Positions 1-10,687 of a stretch of 64,000 nucleotides of DNA are shown here, piece by piece (the stretch's first letter is position 1; every line of letters begins with the position of its first letter). The notes beneath the pieces are model-generated. The model ran no database searches, was not told the origin of the DNA, and saw nothing but the letters and a program-made list of their open reading frames with translations. A program made the position numbers and the translations under genes. Location: positions 64,001 through 128,000 of IMG/VR virus record IMGVR_UViG_3300033121_002101; one strand, 5' to 3'. Origin of the DNA: a virus (taxonomy: Duplodnaviria > Caudoviricetes).

Positions 1-2049
1 GCATGGTCTAATTTTTGTCAGTATGGAGCTGATAATATAATAGACATGACAAAAGTTAATGGCGTCTATGGTATTTTCGGCCAAAACAATCTTGGAAAGA
101 GTACGATATTCGAATTAATAACGCAAGCTCTTTTTGACAAGGTGACAAAAGATGTTTCAAGAAATGTTGACCTTGTAAATGATGAGAAAGATATACTCTC
201 AATAATAATGGAATTGTCAGTCGACGACAATGAATACATGATTGAAAGAAAAGTAGAAAGAATAAAATCAAACAAATCAAGAGAATGGGGAAAAACATCT
301 CTTGATTTTTATCAAATCGTAGATGATGAGAAAGTATTACTAAACGGCGAAACAAGACCAGAAACAGAAAAAGCAATAAGACAATTGCTAGGTGGATTTG
401 AAGATTTTTGTTTAACTTCTCTATCACCTCAACATCAAGTAAGTTCATTGCCTGGCGGAGGAGACTTAATAAACTGTAAAGATACAGATAGAAGAAGAAT
501 ACTCTATAGATTTTTAGGATTAGATTCGTTTGAAAAAAGATTCTCTCTAGCAAGAGAAACACTAAAGTCACTTGTTGTTCCGCAACAACAAGCAGATACT
601 TTCGAATCTGATAAAAATGAATTGGAAATAAAAGAAAAAGAACTTGTAGAAGTATCAAAAAATGTAATTGATTTGGATAGCAGTTTAATTGAATCAGAAG
701 GAAAAAAAGCAGTTGTACAGTCAGAGATAAAAAGAATTTCTGATTTACTTTTTGATTTTAAAGATAAAGATTCTTCTAGCTTAGAAGATCTTGATCATTA
801 CAAATCATCTGTCGAATTCGCTGAAAAAAAGATAGATCGTTTGCAAAAAGATATTGAAAGCAGTGAAGAAAGCATAAAAGAACTAAATGAAAAGTGTGAA
901 CATCTTCCAGATAATGTTGAAATACCAGAAGATCCAACTGCAAAAATTAGAAAAGTTTCAAATGAAATATCATCATTGGAATTATCGATTGCAAAGCTGA
1001 AAGAAAGGTCAGAATCTTCTAAAAAGAAAATTTCTATTTTATCAGATGTTCCATGTGGAGATAATTTCCCACATTGTAAGTTTCTTATAGATGCATTTGC
1101 TGCAAAAAATGAATTGCCTGCAAAAGTTAACGAAATTAATTCTCTTGAATTGTTGTTAAATGATTCACGCAATGAATTAGATTCTCTTAGAAAATATGAA
1201 AAAAAGTGGAAAGAAGCAGTAACAGAAGCAGCAAATAATGAAAATATAAGAAATCAGCTTGCAAGATCAAAGCAGAAGCATGAATTGTTACAACTGCACT
1301 TGAAACAAGCACATTCTATATTGCAGAGTGCAAATGAAGAATTAAAAAACTTTGTTTCATTTGGAGATGATATAGTTAAACTGAACAAACTTAGACTTGA
1401 ACTAACGGACATTGAAAGAATGCAAAAGAAAGCAAGAACAAATCTTGTTTCTTTTAGAACAAATGAAAAAAATATCTGTTCTAGAATAACAGTTTTAAAA
1501 GAAAAAATTTCGAATTTTATTTCTTTCGAGAAAAGAAGGAAAGAAATAGAAAAACACAGAGAAATATTAGAACTATACTGTAAGATAGTTGGAAAAGATG
1601 GAATACCAAAATCAATATTGGTGTCCGCTTTGCCGTCAATTTCAAAAGAAGTAAATCAAATTATATCTTCTATCTCTGACATAGCTGTTTCACTTGAAAA
1701 TAATGATGATGAACAAAGTTTATCACTTTGCGTTTCATCAAAAAACAGTAGGCTTAGAGCAATTTCATTATCTGGCGGTGCTGAAAAGTTTATAGTTTCA
1801 CTTGCTTTAAGAGCTGCTCTTTGCAGAATTACATCACTCCCTAGATCTAATATGTTTATTGTAGATGAAGGATTTGGTAAGTTAGACACAGATAATTCAA
1901 GTGCAATACAAAAAATGTTTCACTATTTAAAAGAAATGTTTGATCATGTTATTATAGTATCTCATACAGAGACGATGAGAGATGTTGTTGACGGAACAAT
2001 AGATATTGGTATCGACAAAGAAGGATTTGCACACATTTCACATTTATGA
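1..2049 (+). CDS. sbcC: SbcC/Rad50/T4 gp46-like recombination ATPase, 5' truncated by the window edge
   Basis: Frame is open from base 1 (AWSNFCQYGADNIIDM...). Walker A GQNNLGKST, long coiled coil with central CGDNFPHC hook-like motif, ABC signature LSGGAEK, Walker B/D-loop IVDEGFGKLD, H-loop VSH. Confidence 0.92.
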   Translation, partial: AWSNFCQYGADNIIDMTKVNGVYGIFGQNNLGKSTIFELITQALFDKVTKDVSRNVDLVNDEKDILSIIMELSVDDNEYMIERKVERIKSNKSREWGKTSLDFYQIVDDEKVLLNGETRPETEKAIRQLLGGFEDFCLTSLSPQHQVSSLPGGGDLINCKDTDRRRILYRFLGLDSFEKRFSLARETLKSLVVPQQQADTFESDKNELEIKEKELVEVSKNVIDLDSSLIESEGKKAVVQSEIKRISDLLFDFKDKDSSSLEDLDHYKSSVEFAEKKIDRLQKDIESSEESIKELNEKCEHLPDNVEIPEDPTAKIRKVSNEISSLELSIAKLKERSESSKKKISILSDVPCGDNFPHCKFLIDAFAAKNELPAKVNEINSLELLLNDSRNELDSLRKYEKKWKEAVTEAANNENIRNQLARSKQKHELLQLHLKQAHSILQSANEELKNFVSFGDDIVKLNKLRLELTDIERMQKKARTNLVSFRTNEKNICSRITVLKEKISNFISFEKRRKEIEKHREILELYCKIVGKDGIPKSILVSALPSISKEVNQIISSISDIAVSLENNDDEQSLSLCVSSKNSRLRAISLSGGAEKFIVSLALRAALCRITSLPRSNMFIVDEGFGKLDTDNSSAIQKMFHYLKEMFDHVIIVSHTETMRDVVDGTIDIGIDKEGFAHISHL

Positions 2050-2059
2050 AAGGTAATTT

Positions 2060-2323
2060 ATGAGACTTTGGATTAAAAATACAGACGGTAAACCAGATGC
2101 AATGTTGACAATGACACTGCTTACATTTGTTGTTGTTTTGCTTAAAGTTGTTTTTGGTGGTTCTACATTTGCAATTGGATCATCGAATTTTTCATTCCAG
2201 CCTATATCTCCTGAGCTTGTTGGAATGTTGTTAGGACCGAATATTGCTGGCTATGTTGCAAGAAGATATACAGATAGATCAATTACAAATGATCAAAAAG
2301 TAGACGAGCAAGAGAATGCTTGA
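2060..2323 (+). CDS. Small membrane protein, holin-like
   Basis: 87 aa with two hydrophobic segments and a charged C-terminal tail; SD-like AAGG upstream. Confidence 0.5.
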   Translation: MRLWIKNTDGKPDAMLTMTLLTFVVVLLKVVFGGSTFAIGSSNFSFQPISPELVGMLLGPNIAGYVARRYTDRSITNDQKVDEQENA

Positions 2324-3131
2324 TTTAAAGACAAGATTAAAAGATGCGATTGCGCTTTTAGCAATATTCGTTCTATGCATTCTTTTGATTAGAGAGCACT
2401 TATCAAAAAATGCATTAGAAAAATCTTTAAACACTGTGTCAAATGCATTAATCGAAAGTTCTAAAACAATAGAAGTACAGAAAGGTGTTTTTGAGAAAAG
2501 ATCAGTAGAGTTAGAAAACATAAAAATTCTACTGGCAAAAAAAGACAACGAGTTGTTGGATGTAACAGCACAACTTAAAAAAGAACATTCACAAGCACTA
2601 GCATATTCAGAACTTTCAATAATGTGGAAGAAAAAATATGAAGGTGCAGCTCGTGCTAAACAAACTGTTGTTGTTGACAACTCAACCAACAATACAAACA
2701 CTGAAAATAAAGAACAAAGACTAAGAGTAGACTTTTCTAAAGAAGCTGGCCCTTTTGATATTTCTGGTTATACAGTGACATCACCACCAGAAGCTTTTGT
2801 TTCTTTAAAACAATCAAGACCAATAAAGCTTGGAGTTGTTGTTTCTAGATCAGATGACGGTAAATGGTCTTCTATCGTTTCAACACCAAAAGACGCAGAT
2901 TATGGCGTTGACATAGTTGTGTCTGCTATAGACAAAGACCTCCATGTAAAGAGCTGGAGAGATAAGTTTTCTATAGATTTCAGAATGGGAATATACGAAG
3001 ATCCGTCTATAGGTGCTGGATTAAAGTATGGAGAAAAATTATCATTTGGTCCAGACTGTTCTGTATATTCAAATGGTGAGCTTTCGTGGTCATGTGGTGT
3101 TTCTATGTCATGGAGACCATTTTTAAAATGA
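2316..3131 (+). CDS. Membrane-anchored coiled-coil protein, possibly spanin-like
   Basis: N-terminal TM segment (AIALLAIFVLCILLI), coiled coil, beta-rich C-terminus; overlaps the holin-like gene. Confidence 0.45.
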   Translation: MLDLKTRLKDAIALLAIFVLCILLIREHLSKNALEKSLNTVSNALIESSKTIEVQKGVFEKRSVELENIKILLAKKDNELLDVTAQLKKEHSQALAYSELSIMWKKKYEGAARAKQTVVVDNSTNNTNTENKEQRLRVDFSKEAGPFDISGYTVTSPPEAFVSLKQSRPIKLGVVVSRSDDGKWSSIVSTPKDADYGVDIVVSAIDKDLHVKSWRDKFSIDFRMGIYEDPSIGAGLKYGEKLSFGPDCSVYSNGELSWSCGVSMSWRPFLK

Positions 3132-3433
3132 TAAGTAAAAATGACATTGTTATTGAAGACGTTCCCGAAATTCACTTAGGGTATAAAGTTCTTAAAATTA
3201 AATTAACATTTAATTCAGATGTTCATAAAAACTGTCATGGTTTTGAAACAGTTATCTTAGACAGTTCTGGAAAAGGAGTTGACCACATCATAAACAGATG
3301 GGGCAGCAGAATGAGAGTGGAGTTGATGTTTAGAGAGAAAAACGAAGAAGGTGTCGTACAGATTTTTGTTAAAGAATCAAACTGTGAACAGCAAGAAAAT
3401 ATTTTGTTAAGTACATTCTGGTTTGTAAAATGA
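3128..3433 (+). CDS. Hypothetical protein
   Basis: ATGA-coupled to both neighbours; start 3128 preferred over 3086. Confidence 0.65.
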   Translation: MISKNDIVIEDVPEIHLGYKVLKIKLTFNSDVHKNCHGFETVILDSSGKGVDHIINRWGSRMRVELMFREKNEEGVVQIFVKESNCEQQENILLSTFWFVK

Positions 3434-3651
3434 GTGAATCTTTAAAATATAGAGTTCCAGCTTTTTGTCCTTTATGTGAATGTGTCATGAAAGGGACAAA
3501 ATCAATAGCTACTTATTATGATTTTCAATGCTGTGTAAACTGTTGGATAGAATGGATAGACGGAAGAGAAGAAAAATGGAAATCTGGCTGGCGACCAACA
3601 ACTGAACAAGTTGAAAACTTTAAAAATAAAAACAGTCTTATCTATCGATAA
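3430..3651 (+). CDS. Small Cys4 zinc-finger-like protein
   Basis: CPLC...CCVNC, ends WKSGWRP; ATGA overlap with the upstream gene. Confidence 0.65.
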   Translation: MSESLKYRVPAFCPLCECVMKGTKSIATYYDFQCCVNCWIEWIDGREEKWKSGWRPTTEQVENFKNKNSLIYR

Positions 3652-3699
3652 GACATATGTACATTCCTATGATACTAAATATATGATAGGAGTGTCAGA

Positions 3700-4137
3700 A
3701 TGCAAGAAGAATTACACGGTTTCGAGGTATACGGAAACCGCTATGAAAGAAAAGAAGATACAGTTGCAGTACTTCTGCAGTGTTTTAATGAGCTTAATAC
3801 AGTAACGAATCCAGATCATCCTGGGATTAATAACGTTTCTGGAAAGTTCATTTGCAAAAGACAAGGTGATAATGTTTTACTTGAATATCACCTGATGGAA
3901 CTTCATCTTGATGATCCGACAAGGTGTGAATCTTTTGTAAAAGAATGTGATTCAGCTGTCAAGAAAATGGCAAAAAAGCTGAAATCTGCATTTAAAAAAG
4001 CAACAAAATCTGCGTTAACACTTAAAGACAACAATAAGTCTGGATGGCATAGAGAGCAAGTTTCTCTTAATGGTCGTTGGTACTTACGAGTATGGAGAAA
4101 CTATTCTGTTAGCCCAAGTGTTACAGAGGATGAGTGA
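3700..4137 (+). CDS. Hypothetical protein upstream of terminase
   Basis: SD AGGAG; intact 145-aa ORF. Confidence 0.7.
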   Translation: MQEELHGFEVYGNRYERKEDTVAVLLQCFNELNTVTNPDHPGINNVSGKFICKRQGDNVLLEYHLMELHLDDPTRCESFVKECDSAVKKMAKKLKSAFKKATKSALTLKDNNKSGWHREQVSLNGRWYLRVWRNYSVSPSVTEDE

Positions 4138-4140
4138 AAA

Positions 4141-5883
4141 GTGTCTGTTTCTGGTGACTCTTCAAAAAAGAAGAGGACATATCAAAAAGCTAAGATAAGA
4201 GAAGAAATAGTATCTTGTGGAAGAAACCCGAAGTACTTTATAAACAAGTACGTAAAAATCAAACACCCAACAAGAGGTATAGTACCTTTTAGTCTTTGGG
4301 ATTTTCAAAAAAATTTAATTGACAACTACATGGAACACAGATTCAATGTAGTTTTAAAAGCAAGACAACTCGGAGCAACAGAAACGACACAAGCATTTTG
4401 TTTGTGGATGTTGCTGTTTTATAGAAACAAGAACATTCTTTGTATCGCAACTAAAGCAGAAACAGCTAAAAATATCATTAAAAGAGTAAGAACAGCTTAT
4501 TCGAATTTACCTGCTTGGTTGAAAGTTTCAAAAGTTGTCGTAGACAACAAGATGTCATTAGAATTTGATAATGGCTCTGTTATAAAAGCAATTGCATCAT
4601 CAGATGACGCAGGTAGATCAGAAGCTGTTTCTCTGCTTCTTGTAGACGAGGCTGCGTTTATTAAAAATTTAGATACTCTTTGGACTGGCTTATTACCAAC
4701 AGTAAGCGCTGGTGGTAGAGTAATAATGATTAGTACTCCAAATGGAGTTGGCAACGTATTTCACAAGACATTTACAGAAGCACACTCAAAGAAAAATGAG
4801 TTTCATGCAAATATTTTGTATTGGTGGTTTCATCCAGAACACATAGAAGATCTAGAAGAAGACCCGAATAGAAAAGGTACAGTCTTCGGAAACAGATATA
4901 AAACGTCTACATGGTTCAGAAATGAAACAAAAAACATGTCAGATAGAGATAAAGCTCAAGAGCATGATCTTGACTTTTTATCATCTGGCGATACGTTTAT
5001 TGGAAAAACAGGAATAGAATACGTTGAATCTACAGCTATAGATCCTGTTTTTGTTGAAAATGAAGATGGCGGACTTTACATTTGGTCTACACCAACTTCA
5101 AAAACAAAAAAATATTTTGTGTCTGCAGACGTTGCTAGAGGAGATGGAGACGACAACGGTGGATTTCATGTCTTTGAAACAGAAGATATGATGCAAGCAG
5201 CTGAATATAATGGCAAATTAAAAGTAGACGAATTCACTAAACTTATGTGTGATACTGCTTTTAGATATAACAAAGCAGTTGTCATTGTTGAGAATAACTC
5301 ACTTGGTTTAGCTGTACTGGAAAGTGTTAGAAAATGGACACATCCAGAAATGCCAGGCAGAATTGGGTATCCAAACGTATACTGTACTGTAAGAGGAGAG
5401 ACAGAAAAGGGTGAATGTGTAGACAGTTCAGATGATATTCCTGATAGACTCATACTGGGATTTTCAACTACTTCAAAAACAAGACCACTTATTCTCAATA
5501 AGCTTGAAGAATACATTAGAACGAAACAAGCAACATTTCGTTCTAAGAGATACTATAATGAACTGACAACATTTATATGGCGTGATGGCAGACCAGAAGC
5601 TATAAGTGGAGCAACTGACGACTTGATATTGTCAAGTGCAATAGGTGTATACGTAAGAGATATTACATTGGCTCCAGGATTTAATTCTGGAGAGATGCAA
5701 AAAGCAATGATAGCCGCTTCTCAGTTCAACAAGATAACGAATAACCAAATTGAAGGTGCTTCAAAAAATCCAACATTTGTACCGAGACAAGCATTGGGAT
5801 CTTTCTTTAGACAGAAGGATACATATAGGATACCAATGGGTAGAGGTATACTTGATTTGAGATCACTTTTGAAGGAAGAATGA
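4141..5883 (+). CDS. terL: Terminase large subunit (T4 gp17-like)
   Basis: KARQLG Walker A, LLLVDEAAF Walker B, ISTPNG motif, nuclease motifs SADVARG and TDDLI; precedes portal. Confidence 0.96.
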   Translation: MSVSGDSSKKKRTYQKAKIREEIVSCGRNPKYFINKYVKIKHPTRGIVPFSLWDFQKNLIDNYMEHRFNVVLKARQLGATETTQAFCLWMLLFYRNKNILCIATKAETAKNIIKRVRTAYSNLPAWLKVSKVVVDNKMSLEFDNGSVIKAIASSDDAGRSEAVSLLLVDEAAFIKNLDTLWTGLLPTVSAGGRVIMISTPNGVGNVFHKTFTEAHSKKNEFHANILYWWFHPEHIEDLEEDPNRKGTVFGNRYKTSTWFRNETKNMSDRDKAQEHDLDFLSSGDTFIGKTGIEYVESTAIDPVFVENEDGGLYIWSTPTSKTKKYFVSADVARGDGDDNGGFHVFETEDMMQAAEYNGKLKVDEFTKLMCDTAFRYNKAVVIVENNSLGLAVLESVRKWTHPEMPGRIGYPNVYCTVRGETEKGECVDSSDDIPDRLILGFSTTSKTRPLILNKLEEYIRTKQATFRSKRYYNELTTFIWRDGRPEAISGATDDLILSSAIGVYVRDITLAPGFNSGEMQKAMIAASQFNKITNNQIEGASKNPTFVPRQALGSFFRQKDTYRIPMGRGILDLRSLLKEE

Positions 5884-5886
5884 TAA

Positions 5887-7755
5887 ATGAGTGATAAAGA
5901 AAATATATGGCGTAAGCTAACACGCTTGTTTAGAAGCGGACCAGTTGTACGCCATAAAATTTCACGAGCTGAACCTATTGTTGAGCCGATTGGAACTGCT
6001 CGTGCATATCGTAAACAAGTATCATCTCTTTATGTTAACAGTCAAGCTGGCTTCGGACAGTACGAAAGACTGTCAAGATACAGTGATTATCATGAAATGA
6101 CATTCACACCAGAATTGTCATCTGGTCTTGACATTTATGCAGATGAGATTTGTGCAACTGACGAAAATGCTCAGATAATAAAGATACACTCAAAAGACAA
6201 TGAAATAAAAAGCATACTTGAAACTCTATTCTTTGACATAATAGACATCAACTTCAATATCTGGAGTTGGGCAAGAAACATGTGCAAAAATGGAGATTTT
6301 GTTTTATTCATAGATGCAAATGAAGACAACGGCATTTTGAACTTAATGCCTATTCCTATTAATGAAATAGAGCGTGAAGAAGGCTTTGATAAAGATGACC
6401 CGTTTGCTGTTAGATACAGATGGCTTTCTAACAACAACATGAAACTTGAAAACTGGCAAATAATTCACTTTAGATTGCTTGGTGATGATTCGACATTGCC
6501 ATACGGAACATCGATATTAGAACCTGCAAGACGCATTTGGAGACAGCTTGTTCTTATAGAAGACGCAATGTTAGTCTATAGAATTGTAAGATCTCCAGAA
6601 CGCAGAAAATTTAAGATTCCAGTTGGAAACATACCGCCAGAAGAAGTTCCACGTTTCATAGAAGAATTCGCTTCAGAGATGAAGCGCAATAGAATCGTTG
6701 ATCCAACAACTGGTAGAGTTGATTTAAGATACAACGCTTTGTCTGTTGACGAAGATTACTTCTTACCAATGAGAGGTGATGTTGGCCCAGATATTGATAC
6801 ACTTCCGGGTGGTCAGTTTACTGGTGACATCGATGACGTTCAATACATACAAGCTAAGCTTTTTGCAGCAATAAAAATCCCAAGAGCGTATCTTGGATAC
6901 GATCAGGATGTTGGAAGCAAAGCAACACTTGCACAAGAAGATGTAAGATTCGCAAAAACAATAGAAAGAATACAAAAGATAGTAATTGCAGAACTTAATA
7001 AAATTGCAATTATTCATTTGTTTTTAATGGGATATAGAGGAGAAGATCTTACAAACTTCTCTATAACAATGTCTGCACCATCACATATCGCTGAGCAACA
7101 AAAGCTTGAACTGTGGAGATCAAGATTTGAAGTTGCTGGTATGGCGCAAGAAGGTATGTTTGATCGTGATACAGTTCGTAAAAGAATTTTCAATCTTAAT
7201 GATGTAGAAATAGAAGATATTAAAGAAGGACAAAAAAGAGATAAGCTTTTTGATTCTACAATTGAAGGAATTCAAGCGCCAGGGCCAAGCAATAGTGCTC
7301 CTGGTAAAGAAGGTGAAGGAGAAGTTGTTCCTGGAACTCCACTTGATGCTGCTCCTGGCGCAGATGAATTACCGAAAACTCTTGGTGGTGAAGAACCTGG
7401 CCCAGTCAATGCATCATTTGAATTGCATGGACAAACGATCGCAGAAGACGAAAACCCTGGTTCTGAAGGTGATGACGCGTTTATATCAACAAATAAAGGA
7501 AAAGATTTATTTTCGACGCATGATGATCTTTACACGACAGTTTTCGGCACTGAAAAGCAAACTGCAAGTGATCCGTATGATTCAAGAGCAATGTCTAGAT
7601 TAATATCAAAACCTTTCTCTGAAGAAAAAGAAAATGAGTGGCAGAATATTGTTTCAGAAGGATTTGAAGATTTAGAAGAAACTCTTAAAAAAATTACATC
7701 TTCTGGCTTACCTAAAAAAAGAGCAACTCCCAGAAGCAAGAAACTACTTAAGTGA
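5887..7755 (+). CDS. gp20: Portal protein (T4 gp20-like)
   Basis: LIEDAMLVYRIVRSPERR, EDYFLP, IDTLPGG motifs typical of T4-like portals. Confidence 0.96.
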   Translation: MSDKENIWRKLTRLFRSGPVVRHKISRAEPIVEPIGTARAYRKQVSSLYVNSQAGFGQYERLSRYSDYHEMTFTPELSSGLDIYADEICATDENAQIIKIHSKDNEIKSILETLFFDIIDINFNIWSWARNMCKNGDFVLFIDANEDNGILNLMPIPINEIEREEGFDKDDPFAVRYRWLSNNNMKLENWQIIHFRLLGDDSTLPYGTSILEPARRIWRQLVLIEDAMLVYRIVRSPERRKFKIPVGNIPPEEVPRFIEEFASEMKRNRIVDPTTGRVDLRYNALSVDEDYFLPMRGDVGPDIDTLPGGQFTGDIDDVQYIQAKLFAAIKIPRAYLGYDQDVGSKATLAQEDVRFAKTIERIQKIVIAELNKIAIIHLFLMGYRGEDLTNFSITMSAPSHIAEQQKLELWRSRFEVAGMAQEGMFDRDTVRKRIFNLNDVEIEDIKEGQKRDKLFDSTIEGIQAPGPSNSAPGKEGEGEVVPGTPLDAAPGADELPKTLGGEEPGPVNASFELHGQTIAEDENPGSEGDDAFISTNKGKDLFSTHDDLYTTVFGTEKQTASDPYDSRAMSRLISKPFSEEKENEWQNIVSEGFEDLEETLKKITSSGLPKKRATPRSKKLLK

Positions 7756-8606
7756 CCAATATGATGAAACACAACAAGAAAAAAAATGCTCGCATAATGC
7801 ATGGGTCACTTGTAAGATTCATAGCAGAGGCAACATTTAATAAAGATTCAAGTAAAGCTGAGAAAGGTATTGCTGTTGCATATCTGTTTCGTCCAGGAAC
7901 AGCGCTGAACAATGAACTTGAAATACATAAAACTATTTCGACACCGATAGGTTGCTCAAAAGATAAAGCAAGAAGAATAATCGAGACAGCTGCTGACTTA
8001 ATTGATGCAGTTGATGCTGATACACTCTCTGAATGCTTACGTGAAGCCGATGAGGCCTGTATTAAGCTAATGGGGGGCAACTATTATGAAAAATACAAGA
8101 TGGCAGAGAGTGATCTAGAAGCTGCTACGATATCACAAGTGTTTATAGATTATTGTAGAAAACCAGCAATTGTGTCTGAATCTGTTGATAGAAACATAAT
8201 AAAAGATGCATTAGTTTCTATTGTTTCTTCAACACCAAAATCAAAGCAGGTGAATGCTGACCCTGATAAAAACTTTACTGCTTTTGGCTTGGCTAATGAA
8301 ATGTTTAAGAAAGAATACACAAAGTCTCTTAACAAAGAACAGCTTGAAGTTCTTGACGCTCACATGGTTGGAGCAATAAAGAAAGACTATACAAGATATT
8401 CAAGAATTGCAAAAGCAAGAACTACAGAAGCAATTAACAAAATTAAAGCTTTTTCAAAAGAAAAAGATGTAATGTTAGACTGTGATCTCGCTTCTCGCAT
8501 TGATGAAGTTGTAAAAATTGCAAACAATATAGATGTAAACAATCCAGATTCAATTAATACTGTCCTTGGATTGCAGACGATAGTCGAGGAGATAGTACGT
8601 GAGTGA
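7752..8606 (+). CDS. Hypothetical head-module protein
   Basis: 284-aa ORF coupled to portal; MKHNKKKN start; alternative ATG at 7761. Confidence 0.7.
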   Translation: MTNMMKHNKKKNARIMHGSLVRFIAEATFNKDSSKAEKGIAVAYLFRPGTALNNELEIHKTISTPIGCSKDKARRIIETAADLIDAVDADTLSECLREADEACIKLMGGNYYEKYKMAESDLEAATISQVFIDYCRKPAIVSESVDRNIIKDALVSIVSSTPKSKQVNADPDKNFTAFGLANEMFKKEYTKSLNKEQLEVLDAHMVGAIKKDYTRYSRIAKARTTEAINKIKAFSKEKDVMLDCDLASRIDEVVKIANNIDVNNPDSINTVLGLQTIVEEIVRE

Positions 8607-9663
8607 AGATAAAAAAACAGAATCAAGCTCAGCTTCTGGAGCAGGCGGATTTAGTTTACCAATCGGTCAAGAAGAACAAATTATCAAGTCGTTTATAAAA
8701 GGAAAAGTACGCGAAATCGTCAGAAAAAAGAACGGTAAGTACATTCTTTACGGACCAAACAAGGGTAAAAAGAAGAGAGCTTCAAAAGTCGGAGAATTTC
8801 CAACAAAAGCTCTTGCAAAACAAGCTGAGCTTAATAGATTTCCGCCAAGAGATCCTGAAAAATTAGCAAAGGCAAGAAAGAATGTAGATTCAATGTTAAA
8901 AAGAAAAAGAAAAGTTGAATCTAAGATTTTTAATTCGCTGCTTGAAGCTGCTGAAGAAGCATTAGATGATAATGAAGAAGATACTGCTATTGATCAGCCA
9001 GATGATCAAGATGCATCACTTGATGCAGATACACAAGGCATGCAGCAACCAGATGATGGTATTCAACAAGAACCAGATGCTGTAGCACCTGCTGTTTTGA
9101 AACCATCACATGATGACAAGAACCAAGACATTCCTCCGTCAAAGTGGGATGAGCTACTTGGTTCTATACCAAAAGATGTACTTAAAAGAGATAGTCGTTT
9201 AAGATCTTTACGTCAAAGAATAGAAAATCAGTCTATAAAAGCACTTGAAAAATCTGTTAAAAGATTGTCATCTGCAATTTCATACAAAGTGTCGCGTGGT
9301 GACGTTGGTCATGATAAGCTTGATAGACCATATATTACATGCACTATACAAACAGATAATGGAAAAGTTGGTCCAATATTCATGTTTGTCAAAGAAGGAT
9401 TGCTTCATGTTGTGTCAGATGGAAAAGTTAAATCTGATATTATGAAGCTTGCTCCAGAAGAAGCAAAAGAAATCAACTCTGCTTTAAGAGACTTGCCATC
9501 TTCATTTGATGAAGCAAAAATAGAACAAGCAATAGAAGGAAGAGATGAGTATCTGTCTGGGATAGAAGACAGTATAGATGATTTCTTGTCTGATTTAAAT
9601 GGTTTAGAAATGAGAATACTTAAAAGGTTACTTGTAGATAAGTATTCTTCGGAGGAAGTATGA
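8599..9663 (+). CDS. Hypothetical head-associated protein
   Basis: Basic N-terminal domain, acidic linker, several L/I-x-E sites; lies between portal and protease. Confidence 0.65.
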   Translation: MSEDKKTESSSASGAGGFSLPIGQEEQIIKSFIKGKVREIVRKKNGKYILYGPNKGKKKRASKVGEFPTKALAKQAELNRFPPRDPEKLAKARKNVDSMLKRKRKVESKIFNSLLEAAEEALDDNEEDTAIDQPDDQDASLDADTQGMQQPDDGIQQEPDAVAPAVLKPSHDDKNQDIPPSKWDELLGSIPKDVLKRDSRLRSLRQRIENQSIKALEKSVKRLSSAISYKVSRGDVGHDKLDRPYITCTIQTDNGKVGPIFMFVKEGLLHVVSDGKVKSDIMKLAPEEAKEINSALRDLPSSFDEAKIEQAIEGRDEYLSGIEDSIDDFLSDLNGLEMRILKRLLVDKYSSEEV

Positions 9664-10253
9664 AAAGACAGCTTTTAAGAGAATTTATATCTCTGCCTCA
9701 AACATTAACTGAAGGTGAAACATTGCCAAATGGAAAGTTAATGATAAAAGGAATAATACAGAGAGCAGAGACAAAAAATCAAAACAATAGAATCTATCCA
9801 AGATCTCTATTAATGAGAGAGATAGAATCATATCAAAAAGCAGTTAAAGAAAATAGAGCTGTTGGAGAACTAGACCACCCTGAATCTTCTACTGTGTCAT
9901 TTGACAGAGTTTCTCATATTGTTAGAGAGATGAATTGGAATGGTAATGACGTACACGGAATAATAGAAGTTCTTGATACACCAAAAGGCCAGATATTAAA
10001 AACTCTTTATAAGAGTGGAGTTGCGATCGGCATATCTTCTAGAGGTGTAGGTTCTACTTCAAAAAATGAATCTGGTTGTGACACTGTTCAAGATGACTTT
10101 AATTTAGTTGCTTTTGATATAGTTTCAGAGCCATCGACGCCAGGTGCTTACCTAAGAGAAGGCAAAGAAATAGACTGGGAACCAAATTCAGTACCAAGAG
10201 TTGATAGAGTCAATAGAGCAATCATTGGATTTTTGAATGGTAAGAAACAATGA
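9660..10253 (+). CDS. gp21: Prohead protease (T4 gp21-like)
   Basis: NQNNRIYP, GELDHP, VSH, GISSRGVGS, FDIVSEPSTPGA. Confidence 0.96.
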   Translation: MKRQLLREFISLPQTLTEGETLPNGKLMIKGIIQRAETKNQNNRIYPRSLLMREIESYQKAVKENRAVGELDHPESSTVSFDRVSHIVREMNWNGNDVHGIIEVLDTPKGQILKTLYKSGVAIGISSRGVGSTSKNESGCDTVQDDFNLVAFDIVSEPSTPGAYLREGKEIDWEPNSVPRVDRVNRAIIGFLNGKKQ

Positions 10254-10687
10254 AACTATCAATTAGTGAACTGAATAAGATAATTTCAACTGCTGTAAAA
10301 GAAGAAGTTTCTAGAATACTTCCTGAAATTGTTGCAAATCATTTATCTGAAAGATTTATCAAAGCAGTCGCTGCTGACGTTTTAAGTGAATCAACACAAA
10401 CTACTAGCGTTAAACGTAAAGAAACAAAAGTAGAAAATAAAAAGAAAAATCCTATACTTTCAAAAATTATAGAATCACATGCAAAAGATGTTCTTGGTGA
10501 AGAAGAAGAATTGCCAAAAACAGTTATAAAAAGCAATAATGCAAACCCTCTGATGAGTAAGTCTAATCCATTTAGTTCACTTTATGAAAATGTAAATAAT
10601 GATGAACAAGATGCTTCTGAAGGTGTCTCTGTTGAGGCATTATGCTTTCTAGATCCAAGTACATTAAGAAAAATGGCGGGAATATGA
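10250..10687 (+). CDS. Hypothetical prohead-core-like protein
   Basis: MKLSISELNKII...VKEE leader, repeated L/I-x-E, ends LRKMAGI. Confidence 0.65.
   Translation: MKLSISELNKIISTAVKEEVSRILPEIVANHLSERFIKAVAADVLSESTQTTSVKRKETKVENKKKNPILSKIIESHAKDVLGEEEELPKTVIKSNNANPLMSKSNPFSSLYENVNNDEQDASEGVSVEALCFLDPSTLRKMAGI

Noticed and set aside
3611-3805. Short alternative-frame + strand ORFs (also 7250, 9245, 11398, 13157, 13889, 20564, 34304)
   Set aside because: They overlap better-supported genes in other frames and show no motifs.
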